From: an uncultured Erysipelotrichaceae bacterium
GTDB lineage: Bacteria; Bacillota_I; Bacilli_A; RFN20; CAG-826
Direction of reading: 5' to 3'
NCBI GenBank assembly: GCA_902800645.1
Contig: CADCFC010000004.1
Span: 1 to 62,173, forward strand
Length of the DNA: 62,173 nucleotides
Part shown: piece after piece, positions 9,751 to 18,625 of the stretch
Position numbering within the stretch: the first letter of the stretch is position 1
Layout: each line of letters starts with the position of its first letter
Translations under genes and position numbers: made by a program
The notes under the pieces: model-generated
Told to the model about the DNA's origin: nothing
Seen by the model: only the letters and a program-made list of their open reading frames with translations
Database searches by the model: none

Positions 9751-11690
9751 AAAAGACCCCGTTAACATTATTAATGTTAAGTGCCTTAACCATTTCCTCT
9801 TTTGTTATTGGAATTTCTGCTAAAGAAAAACAAGTTAACGCCGCAATTTTAACATATACTGATTTGATCAAAGCTAAACCTGGAATGGTTAGTAATTCAT
9901 ATTTATATGAATCTGTGATGAATTATTCATTTGAACCAGGTTCGATTGGGTATTTTGATATCGCTGATTCAACAACAAAATCTATTACCTATGAATTTGG
10001 TTATGAAAATAACGGTATTGGTTCAGCATTATATTTAGACACTCCTGGTGGTGGATTTAACACCCGCATGAGATGTAGAACGTATTCCAACACTGATATT
10101 TCTTCTTCAGAAGGTGTGATGTTTTATATCGACTTCTCTTCTATTAAAGCTGAAGGAAGCAGTTACGTAGGTGTTGGATTAGGTCTTATGTTTATGGACT
10201 CATCAGTTGAACCTCCAAGTGGAAACAACATGTTTGATGAATCTCATAGATCTGGTCACTTTAGACATTACTATCCAGTTGAAACTAGAACTGCCTATTA
10301 TTATGACTTATTTGAAGGTAGGTTCATGCCTACCACAATTATTAATAATTGTGCAGTTGTTAAGGAAGGATACCAAGGATGGATTTATATTCCGTTTACT
10401 TCTTATGGATGGAACGGAAATTCTGATAGCAAATACGCAGTTAACACTGACGCATTTGATGAAGGATATAAGTGGCTTAACTATTCTCATTTCTTAACAA
10501 GCAACTTCAAGAGTGATGACACTCAATCAAGAATCTATTTTGATGAATTAACATTTATTAAGAGAACAACTCAAAACGTTGTTAACTATGAATATCAATC
10601 TGATCTAGCAGCGACATGTTTTGATGTTGGTGGAAAGATTTATAAAGATAGTAGTTCTAACAATTACAAACTCACTGATATTACGAATAAACTCACTCAT
10701 GACTATCAATATCTGAAGTTTAAAGATGGCGCGATTGGAGTGTGCTCTCACTGTAACGATTTAGTGTTTACAAGAGATGCAGAACATGTAGGAAGTGCCT
10801 TAAATGGTGATGTTTCTAACTATATTGACGTTCATTTCCACTATGGCAAGAGTTTAGAAAACGAAGAAGTTGTTATCGTTAATCTTGCTGAGTTTGTTTC
10901 TAAAGATAAAGAACCAAGAGTGAATCGAGTCACTATGGATGATTCTTGGGACTATGATTTCTCAGCGTGGTCTAGTGACACGAATGTTTACACTCCTAAA
11001 GATCCAAAAGTCACTTTACATATGAGCGAGACACATTACTTTGCAAAATATTTAATCTCATCATATGACAACGTTAAGTATTCACATGTTCCTAACTTGT
11101 TAGCATTACATGGTGGTAGATATAAATGCAATACTGGCAAGATTGTTATGAACGGTAACTCTAACTTCGCTTTAGCGTATAACACTACTAGTGACTATGC
11201 GAATCGTGGTTTACCACTTATTAATAACGCTGTAGCAGGTGGATCTTCATATGATTACTATTATTACGCTGATCAATTAGTGGTGGGCTATGCTCCTAAG
11301 ATTTTGTTATTTAACTTAACCACTAACGATCAAGCATATTGGAGTATGTCAGAAAAAGATATCATAGATATCACTAAGCAATATGTTGCTAGAGTACATG
11401 AAGCTTTACCTGATTGTATCTTTGCAGTTGTTAATGGTTCACCTCTTCCTGGAAGAAGTGAGATGTTCGCTACTGTTGAAAGAGTGAATAACCAAATGAA
11501 GAAATATGCTGAGACTGTAGATTATATCTACTTTATCGATACTTATGATTTCGTCTATGAAAGAATGATGGAATATCCGGATGGATGGGAATTCTGGACT
11601 CATATGGAAACTGATACCTTATCCACATGGATGAATTTAATCGCTGATGGAATAGATGAAATCGTTGCAGAAAGGGGGATTGTTTTCTAA
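9747..11690 (+). CDS. Secreted protein with an N-terminal beta-sandwich-like region, a Cys/His module and a C-terminal SGNH/GDSL-like domain
   Basis: SD GGAGG, an ATGA overlap and a signal peptide are present. The Cys/His module reads ATCFDVGGK...CSHCNDL. The C-terminal region has SGNH-like blocks (MNGNSNF; LTTNDQ), but the block V His is unclear. Confidence 0.5.
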   Translation: MKKTPLTLLMLSALTISSFVIGISAKEKQVNAAILTYTDLIKAKPGMVSNSYLYESVMNYSFEPGSIGYFDIADSTTKSITYEFGYENNGIGSALYLDTPGGGFNTRMRCRTYSNTDISSSEGVMFYIDFSSIKAEGSSYVGVGLGLMFMDSSVEPPSGNNMFDESHRSGHFRHYYPVETRTAYYYDLFEGRFMPTTIINNCAVVKEGYQGWIYIPFTSYGWNGNSDSKYAVNTDAFDEGYKWLNYSHFLTSNFKSDDTQSRIYFDELTFIKRTTQNVVNYEYQSDLAATCFDVGGKIYKDSSSNNYKLTDITNKLTHDYQYLKFKDGAIGVCSHCNDLVFTRDAEHVGSALNGDVSNYIDVHFHYGKSLENEEVVIVNLAEFVSKDKEPRVNRVTMDDSWDYDFSAWSSDTNVYTPKDPKVTLHMSETHYFAKYLISSYDNVKYSHVPNLLALHGGRYKCNTGKIVMNGNSNFALAYNTTSDYANRGLPLINNAVAGGSSYDYYYYADQLVVGYAPKILLFNLTTNDQAYWSMSEKDIIDITKQYVARVHEALPDCIFAVVNGSPLPGRSEMFATVERVNNQMKKYAETVDYIYFIDTYDFVYERMMEYPDGWEFWTHMETDTLSTWMNLIADGIDEIVAERGIVF

Positions 11691-13291
11691 TGAAAAAGAA
11701 ATTAGGACTATCATTATTCTCCCTTGTCTTATTAATAGGCTCTTTATCTTCTTGTGGACCAGAACCAAATTATATTTCAAATGTTGGTAAGAATTATTAT
11801 CGTGTTGAATTTAACACTAATGGTGGATCACCAGTTGAACCATTATTCACTAACATGATTGAAACTGAACCAGTTTCTTCTAAAGAAGGATATTCATTAC
11901 TTGGTTGGTACGTCACTAACGAGTTAGCGTTAATTGCTTTCCCATATACAGTTACTAGTAACGTAACTTTAAAAGCCTTATGGAATCAAAATAGATACAC
12001 AGTTCATTTTGAGGCCAATGGTGGTTCTCCAGTAGAAGATCTTATAAATGTTACTTCTATTGATTCTTGTAAAGAAACAATTAGAGATGGCTATACGTTT
12101 ACTGGATGGCATGTCTCTCAATCTTTAGATGATGACACAATTACATATCCATATGTTATTAAAAATAACATTACACTTTATGCTTCTTGGAGTAGAAACG
12201 AGATTGTTCCTAGCGGAGTAAATCTTGCTAACTCTAAAATTGATGCGATGGAAGCTAAATCATATTGGAGTTTTGAATATAAAGAGAACTCAATTCAATT
12301 TGATATTAACGTTACTGATCCATTCTTATATGGATTCAATGTGAATCCAGGATTAAATGATAATGTTGAAGTGGTTATTGGCACTAAACAAGCATCTAAT
12401 CCATCAGGACTTAATCTAAGCAATACTTATCACTTCTTAGTGGATATCAATGGATATGGTTACTATAACACTCCTATTAATGCCTATACTTGGAGTAGTG
12501 CGATGAATATCCCTGAGGGCGTCACTATTAGTACAGTTAAGGCAAATATTGAAGAACGTGGATTTAATGGCTATATGAGCTCGTTTGATATCCCATATTC
12601 GATGTTTGGATTATCAAGAGCACAGGCTATTAATAACTTAGTGATGACTGCAGGAATTAGAAACACTAATTCATATACCGCTAGTAACTGGGAAACTGCT
12701 ACCGGAAATAACTATTTGTCAAGTTGGACATATTACACCTTAAGTGAAGATGGACAATTTATCTTTAGTGATATTGATTCTGATACTGTCCTCATTGGTG
12801 GAAGTAACTACTCAATTGAAAACTTCTCTTCAATCAATAGTGTTCTTGCTCCACATAATGCATATTCATTCTCTGAAGAGATTACTTTAGAGAAATGGGA
12901 TAAAAAGATTGATGCGATTTTGAACTTCAACACTGATAAGCTCATCCTCAATTTAGGAAGATATGATTACTATGCGAATAAATTAAGTAGTGATGAAATC
13001 ATTGAAGGTATTGCGGGTATTGTAGAGAAGTGTTTAGCGAAATATTCTACAAATGCTATTTACGTTACCTCTATTGAGCCTCTTAAGAACTTCTCCACAA
13101 ATATTAATAGCTTTAAAAACATCAACGATTCATTAAAAGATAAGTGCAGTGAACTAGGTGTCAATTATATTGATACGCATTCACTCTTTATTAAAGATAA
13201 CAAGATTGACACTACTATGTTTAAGAACAATTTTGTGTTCTCAACTACAGGTATGGAAAAGTATTGGAATGTCATAGAGACATATTTATAA
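11690..13291 (+). CDS. Lipoprotein with two Listeria-Bacteroides (Flg_new) repeats, a sugar-binding-like middle domain and a C-terminal SGNH-like domain
   Basis: The gene has a TAATG overlap with its upstream neighbour and the lipobox LSSC. Two repeats read Y.V.F..NGGSPVE...GY.F.GW....L. The C-terminal region has LIGGSNYS and YIDTHSLF motifs. Confidence 0.55.
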   Translation: MKKKLGLSLFSLVLLIGSLSSCGPEPNYISNVGKNYYRVEFNTNGGSPVEPLFTNMIETEPVSSKEGYSLLGWYVTNELALIAFPYTVTSNVTLKALWNQNRYTVHFEANGGSPVEDLINVTSIDSCKETIRDGYTFTGWHVSQSLDDDTITYPYVIKNNITLYASWSRNEIVPSGVNLANSKIDAMEAKSYWSFEYKENSIQFDINVTDPFLYGFNVNPGLNDNVEVVIGTKQASNPSGLNLSNTYHFLVDINGYGYYNTPINAYTWSSAMNIPEGVTISTVKANIEERGFNGYMSSFDIPYSMFGLSRAQAINNLVMTAGIRNTNSYTASNWETATGNNYLSSWTYYTLSEDGQFIFSDIDSDTVLIGGSNYSIENFSSINSVLAPHNAYSFSEEITLEKWDKKIDAILNFNTDKLILNLGRYDYYANKLSSDEIIEGIAGIVEKCLAKYSTNAIYVTSIEPLKNFSTNINSFKNINDSLKDKCSELGVNYIDTHSLFIKDNKIDTTMFKNNFVFSTTGMEKYWNVIETYL

Positions 13292-13330
13292 ACATAAGGT
13301 ACAATAAAGGTACAGAAACGGAGAATAGTA

Positions 13331-13702
13331 ATGAAATTTTACAGATGTAAACATTGTGGCAAGATTATTGCTGTTGTTAATGGCGTCAAAGTTCCAACAA
13401 TTTGTTGTGGTGAAGTAATGGAAGAATTAGTTCCAGGCACAAGTGATGGTGCAGTGGAAAAACACGTTCCAGTTGTGGAAGTTAACGGAAACGTCGCTCG
13501 TGTTAAGGTTGGAGAAGTTGAACACCCAATGATGGACGCTCACTACATTGAGTGGATCATGATTGAAACCAATTTTGGCAATCAAAGAAAAGTATTAAAG
13601 CCAGGACAAAAACCAGAAGCAGAATTTGCTCTACTTCCAGGCGAAGAAGTTGTTAGAGCGCTTGAATACTGCAACTTACACGGATTATTTGCATCCAAGT
13701 AA
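13331..13702 (+). CDS. dfx: Desulfoferrodoxin (superoxide reductase, 2Fe-SOR type)
   Basis: 123-aa product. The N-terminus has a desulforedoxin-like CxxC...CC motif (YRCKHCGKIIAV...PTICCGEVM). The SOR centre II motifs EKHVP, H..EWI and C.LHGL are present. Confidence 0.9.
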   Translation: MKFYRCKHCGKIIAVVNGVKVPTICCGEVMEELVPGTSDGAVEKHVPVVEVNGNVARVKVGEVEHPMMDAHYIEWIMIETNFGNQRKVLKPGQKPEAEFALLPGEEVVRALEYCNLHGLFASK

Positions 13703-13725
13703 ATATTTAGAATAAAGAAAAATGA

Positions 13726-13754
13726 CTCTGCATTAAAAGCAGAGCTTTTCTTTT
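13726..13754. terminator. Intrinsic terminator between convergent genes
   Basis: Stem CTCTGC/GCAGAG with a 7-nt loop, followed by CTTTTCTTTT. Confidence 0.55.
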
Positions 13755-13767
13755 AGAAAATATATTA

Positions 13768-15336
13768 CTATTTATTGTTTATGTTGTTATATACTTTGCC
13801 TTCTCCGACAGTGTCGTAACCAACTATATATCCATACATCTCTATAGAGATATCATCATCAATAATATATTGACCATTGTTAACACATCCAATAATTGTG
13901 GCTTGATTGTAACCAACAATTCCACCTAATGAAACAGTGCCAAAAGTTGCAATGGATTCAAAGTCTCCATTATTTACACAATTCAATACGTATCCACCTG
14001 TTGCTTGTGCGAATCCAACAATTCCGCCTATACGATATTTACCTTTAACAAGGTTGCTATTATCACAATCCTTAATAGTGGAGTTATAGTTACTTCCTGC
14101 AATACCACCAACACCGCCATTAGTTGATCCTAATCCATGGACATACCCTTCATTAGAACAACTCTGGACAGTTAGGTTACTACCAAGCATTCCAACAATT
14201 CCACCAACCCAATATGAAATATTGGAAGTGTTACCATTAATTTCACCATTATTAACACAGTTAGTGATATTAGATCTACAGTATCCAACAATACCTGCTA
14301 CTCCAACTCCACCTGAAATTTTGCCTTGGTTTCTAGAGTTATTAACAGTAGTGGAGTTTCTAGCATTGCCAACAATACCACCGATGTTTTCACTACCAGT
14401 GATATCACCAGTATTAACACAATCAGTGATATATGTGTTGAAGTTATTACCAATGATACCTCCGGTACCACCTAATGCTTTTCCTGATCCAATTACATCT
14501 CCATGGTTCTCACAATGTGAGATAGTAGCACCACTACCACAGACACCGATAATTCCACCTAAGCCAGAATAGTTTTCAACTAAATAATCTTTAGCGGATA
14601 TTGTTCCAAAGTTTTTACAGTTAGTAAGAGATCCAATTTTATTGGATGAAACCATGTTATATCCGATGATACCACCAATACAGTTGGTGCCAGTAACTGT
14701 ACCACCTAAATATGAACATAATTCAAGATTTCCACCAGCGTTACATCCAATAAATCCACCGACGTATTTGCCAACTACGTTTACATTACCTGATGAGGTA
14801 CAGCTAGATATGTTTCCGTAATTGATTCCAACGAATAGACCAAAGGCTATTCCGTTAGTGATGCCTCCAGAAAGGAAGACATTATTAATGTTCAATCCTC
14901 TGATTGTGCCAGAATTGGAGTTGAAGAATCCTTTTCTTTCAGCGGTAACGTTCATTGAGATGTTTTTGATCGTGCGGTTATTACCATTAAACGTTCCTTT
15001 AAATGAACCACCGGAAGTTCCAGTGCCGATTCCTAGCCAATCAATGTTATTCAAATCGATGTTTACATTTAGTGTTACGAACTTATTGAGATAATAGCTT
15101 TTTGCACTAAGAGAACTACGGAAATAAGCGAGTTCTTTCGCGTTATTAATTTGATATGGGTTATTTTGAGTGCCATCACCATACTCAAAAGTAGAAGCGA
15201 CAGTGCCATCCCAAACATCATATTCTTCTGGTTCTTTATAAACCTCATGTTTTGAGGTGCTTTGAGGCATATCAAAGGATGCACAACTAGTGAGAAGCAA
15301 CGCTAATAATGATGCAACAATAAATCTATGTTTCAT
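13768..15336 (-). CDS. GLUG-repeat lipoprotein
   Basis: The lipobox is LLTSC. The cap motif is NPYQINNAKELAYF...FKGTFNGNNRTIKNISM, followed by repeats of the type NCxNxGxIsG...IGGIVG. Confidence 0.7.
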   Translation of the reverse strand: MKHRFIVASLLALLLTSCASFDMPQSTSKHEVYKEPEEYDVWDGTVASTFEYGDGTQNNPYQINNAKELAYFRSSLSAKSYYLNKFVTLNVNIDLNNIDWLGIGTGTSGGSFKGTFNGNNRTIKNISMNVTAERKGFFNSNSGTIRGLNINNVFLSGGITNGIAFGLFVGINYGNISSCTSSGNVNVVGKYVGGFIGCNAGGNLELCSYLGGTVTGTNCIGGIIGYNMVSSNKIGSLTNCKNFGTISAKDYLVENYSGLGGIIGVCGSGATISHCENHGDVIGSGKALGGTGGIIGNNFNTYITDCVNTGDITGSENIGGIVGNARNSTTVNNSRNQGKISGGVGVAGIVGYCRSNITNCVNNGEINGNTSNISYWVGGIVGMLGSNLTVQSCSNEGYVHGLGSTNGGVGGIAGSNYNSTIKDCDNSNLVKGKYRIGGIVGFAQATGGYVLNCVNNGDFESIATFGTVSLGGIVGYNQATIIGCVNNGQYIIDDDISIEMYGYIVGYDTVGEGKVYNNINNK

Positions 15337-15339
15337 ACC

Positions 15340-17331
15340 TTACTCCATTACGTAATCCTTTGCGGTAATAGCCACGTTAAATGTGTTTAGTCCAAAGTAG
15401 GCTTTGGATAAACCAAAGTTGGTGACGTTTTGTAATGTTCTTACTTCTGATTCACCAAAAGAAAATGTGTATAGATCTTCATTTCTATCAATACCTAACT
15501 TGATATAGTTACCATATTGGTAAGCGACGGGGGAACCCACACTATAATTGAATGAAACGTAGTCGGAGAATACTCCTCCAGTTACTAAGCAATATCCTAA
15601 ATCAACACCTTCCATTGAAGATCCGTTTCCGGCAGCGTCTACATAGTAGAAGATTCCATTAAACTCATCATCAACTAGTATGATTCCAAACTTTGGATAT
15701 AAATCAAAATTAATTACGCTATTAGCGGTGATACTAGCGGAGAACGATAGCTTGTTGCTGTTATTTTTATATGCATACAAAGTATTTAATGCATTGCCAC
15801 TAGTAATAGTGACGTTTGGATTATCTCCTGTATCATTTGATAAATCCCAGCCTTCAGTCATTCTTAAGTTAGAAACATTTCCAAAGAAGTTACTATTCAT
15901 AACATAGTTATTTTCATCGAGATTGTTATTTGCAATAGATGGATATGTTTTAATGTTTGATGTTTCAGTGTTCAATTCTCTACTATATGTAGGTTTGTCA
16001 TTGATGATGTTGCCAAATGAAACATATATCTTTCCTGTTTCTTTAGGAAGCTTAAGTGACATTTGATATCGATTGTCTTTAACTAGTTCCACACTTTGTT
16101 CAAAGTTTGGATGTTGAGTGGTTTCCACTAGCTTTTGTTGCGATGATGAATATACATAATACGAGACTGAATTATCAACGTATAGATTAACCATCTTAAG
16201 ATTGTTAATATCAACGCTTTCATCATCACTTGCTTCAACATATTTGATGGATATTCCATCATTAATGGAGATATTGCTATTAGTGGATTTAACTGTGACG
16301 TTTTGATTATCAAAAGCGAATTCTGATTTATTGGTTTCACCATCTTTTATAGATTCAACAGCAAAACTGTTAGTTAATGTCTTTTCTTGTCCTTTGTCTT
16401 TGATTTCAAAGGCTACTTTTTCATTAACTTCATTAAATGAAAGATACGCTTTTCCAAATAGATTGCCTAATTTGATTTCCCCTTTTGCGTCGAAGTGTTT
16501 ACGGTCCATATTATCGTCATTACGAGATATATCCGCATTAATTGTATCGATATAGTAATTCCTAGAATCGCTATCCATGATTTCTTTCTTAGCGGAGTTG
16601 ATATCTCTATAAGAGAGGTGATAGTAAGAAGAAACACCTGAATCTAAGAACATCATTCCATTTTTAGGAGCATATTCTTGGTATCTAACTTTGATATCGT
16701 TAACGAAGTTTTCTAAATACTCTTTGTAGTTATACTCTCCGTTTTTAGCATCGCTTTCACCTTGGACAAACATAAAGACAGAAACATCAAAATCAATATT
16801 GCTATTTTTAAGTTTTAGGAGCTGCTCTTCAAAGAAGGTGTTCATTTTTTGATAATAGACACCATGATCGATATTCCATTGATATTTGAAGTTAGATTCT
16901 CCACCTCCTGCAAACTTGATGATGTAGAAGGTTTCATCTTGTTTGAAGTTTGATAATACTTCTGCTATACCTACTTCAGGACCTAAACATCCATATTTAA
17001 TACCTTCATTAGGAGCTTTACCTTGTCCTAATCTAGTCTTAATGAATGATGTTTGTTCTTTATGAACAAGCTTAGTGGTTAACATGTTACGGTATGAGAT
17101 TTTTACGTTATCGTATCCGTTTGTGTATTCTTTGAATTTTTGATCGCTCACACCTTCAAATTCGGTTAAGTGATATGAGTATGAAAAACCTAAGCAGTCT
17201 TCATCTCCTGCTAAAAGAATTACATGACTCTTGTTGTCCTTTACCGGTTCATCATAAATAACTCTTGGTGAAGGAGGTTCATTACAAGAGACTAATAATG
17301 GTAGAACAAGTAAAAGTAATGGTTTTTTCAT
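15340..17331 (-). CDS. Lipoprotein with an N-terminal SASA (sialate O-acetylesterase-like, SGNH) domain and a C-terminal ConA-like domain
   Basis: The lipobox is LLVSC. SASA-type motifs FVQGESDA and DRKHFDAKGEIKLG are present, but block I reads LLAGDEDCLGF instead of GQSN. The C-terminal PKFGIILVDDEF module resembles the C-terminus of the 1624-4032 product. Confidence 0.55.
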   Translation of the reverse strand: MKKPLLLLVLPLLVSCNEPPSPRVIYDEPVKDNKSHVILLAGDEDCLGFSYSYHLTEFEGVSDQKFKEYTNGYDNVKISYRNMLTTKLVHKEQTSFIKTRLGQGKAPNEGIKYGCLGPEVGIAEVLSNFKQDETFYIIKFAGGGESNFKYQWNIDHGVYYQKMNTFFEEQLLKLKNSNIDFDVSVFMFVQGESDAKNGEYNYKEYLENFVNDIKVRYQEYAPKNGMMFLDSGVSSYYHLSYRDINSAKKEIMDSDSRNYYIDTINADISRNDDNMDRKHFDAKGEIKLGNLFGKAYLSFNEVNEKVAFEIKDKGQEKTLTNSFAVESIKDGETNKSEFAFDNQNVTVKSTNSNISINDGISIKYVEASDDESVDINNLKMVNLYVDNSVSYYVYSSSQQKLVETTQHPNFEQSVELVKDNRYQMSLKLPKETGKIYVSFGNIINDKPTYSRELNTETSNIKTYPSIANNNLDENNYVMNSNFFGNVSNLRMTEGWDLSNDTGDNPNVTITSGNALNTLYAYKNNSNKLSFSASITANSVINFDLYPKFGIILVDDEFNGIFYYVDAAGNGSSMEGVDLGYCLVTGGVFSDYVSFNYSVGSPVAYQYGNYIKLGIDRNEDLYTFSFGESEVRTLQNVTNFGLSKAYFGLNTFNVAITAKDYVME

Positions 17332-18491
17332 TAGTTGTTACCTGATAACTCCGGTGAATTTAAGATTGCAACCATAGTTGCTAGATCAATTTGAATGTTA
17401 GTTTCATCATTAGTGTATTCATCAACACAGAAAGCGATATAACTTCCAAACATTGGGCACATTAACCTTGATAGGGTTGATTGTCCATGGACTGAGAATT
17501 TAATACCTAATTCTTGTTCAAGGATGATACAAGATTTTAAGTGATCAATAACGGTGTCTTTAGAAGAGCCTGATAAAACGAGTTTTGCTACATCAGCACC
17601 TATGTATTCAATAAATTTAGCAGCTGCAACTGTTTGTTCGGTTGTTAAAGCAACACCAACGTGAGCAGAATATAATACTTCCGCTCCTAATTGATGAATA
17701 TCTTCTATAAACGCTCTTTGAGAAGCGATAACTGTTTTATTAAGTGAGATTTCTTTTGCGTTAGCGTCAACGAATGAAACATCAATTCCATCAGCGACGT
17801 ATTCTGCTTTTAATTCTTTATTTTCGGTCGGGATGCTGTTGTAGTTGTTATACAAATACCCAGGCATGTCAACTGCACATGCGCCTGCTTGAACTGAAAG
17901 TTTTAATAGATTTGCTGTTTCTTCAGGACTTAGTTGAGTGGTAGTTCCGGCGAATGTTCCATTATATGCAATTGCAAGAACTGGTAAATTAGTGCAGTAC
18001 ATGATTCTTTCTAAATCATCAACGTTTCTATAGATTGGATCAAGAGCACTAATATAGACCATAAATCCGGTAGCGCCATGAGCTTCTGATTTTCTGATTT
18101 TGATAATCGCATCATCAGGATTATTCTCAATAATCATTGAGACCGCCATAACTTTGTGATCAGTAAATACTGGCTTTTCTCTCATGTGGTCAATGACGAC
18201 TTCTGTACTAATTTCTTGTTCTACGAAATCGTAGCCAAGTTTTCCACAGACATCACAAATGTGATATACAACTCCGTCATCTCCACCAATCGTGAAGTCG
18301 CTATAGTGGTGGTCGGTTTTAGGTGTGAAATTGTCTCGATAAATATAACCATCGTTTCTGATGTGTTCGGTGTATCCTTCACTAATGCATGTTGCAGCGA
18401 CAATTTTCACTTCAACATCAAAAGTTTTCACTTGAGAACAAGAAAACAATGAAATAGCTACCAAAGGTAACGAAAGCATTTTATTCTTCAT
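17331..18491 (-). CDS. Lipoprotein with a Cys/His module and a type I 3-dehydroquinase-like TIM barrel
   Basis: I trimmed the start to ATG 18491, which has GAGGTG 7 nt upstream; the ORF track began at GTG 18500. The lipobox is SLFSC. The Cys/His module reads ATCISEGYTEH...YHICDVCGK. AroD-like motifs are YSAHVG, GADVAKLVLSGSSKDTV and TLSRLMCPMFGSYIAF. Confidence 0.6.
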   Translation of the reverse strand: MKNKMLSLPLVAISLFSCSQVKTFDVEVKIVAATCISEGYTEHIRNDGYIYRDNFTPKTDHHYSDFTIGGDDGVVYHICDVCGKLGYDFVEQEISTEVVIDHMREKPVFTDHKVMAVSMIIENNPDDAIIKIRKSEAHGATGFMVYISALDPIYRNVDDLERIMYCTNLPVLAIAYNGTFAGTTTQLSPEETANLLKLSVQAGACAVDMPGYLYNNYNSIPTENKELKAEYVADGIDVSFVDANAKEISLNKTVIASQRAFIEDIHQLGAEVLYSAHVGVALTTEQTVAAAKFIEYIGADVAKLVLSGSSKDTVIDHLKSCIILEQELGIKFSVHGQSTLSRLMCPMFGSYIAFCVDEYTNDETNIQIDLATMVAILNSPELSGNN

Positions 18492-18608
18492 AAGACACAC
18501 CTCACGATAAAATAATTATAAATAATATATATTTTATGTTGTACATAAATTTGTCTTTTGTTGTTTTTGAATGAATAAATAATTAATGGATATAACGACA
18601 AATATTTT

Positions 18609-18617
18609 TGTTAAAAT
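18609..18617 (+). promoter_or_regulatory. Extended -10 element (TGtTAAAAT) 8 nt upstream of ATG 18626
   Basis: The sequence is TGTTAAAAT. There is no SD before the ATG, so the mRNA would be leaderless or nearly so. Confidence 0.35.
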
Positions 18618-18625
18618 GAAATGCG

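Noticed and set aside
14222-15094. Pro-rich plus-strand ORFs (116 aa and 90 aa) inside the minus-strand GLUG gene. Similar ORFs occur at 8643-8864, 9046-9324, 5421-5678 and 4994-5272.
   Set aside because: They are reverse-complement or frame-shifted readings of GGxxG repeat DNA, which naturally lack stop codons. The GLUG frames have signal peptides and SDs.
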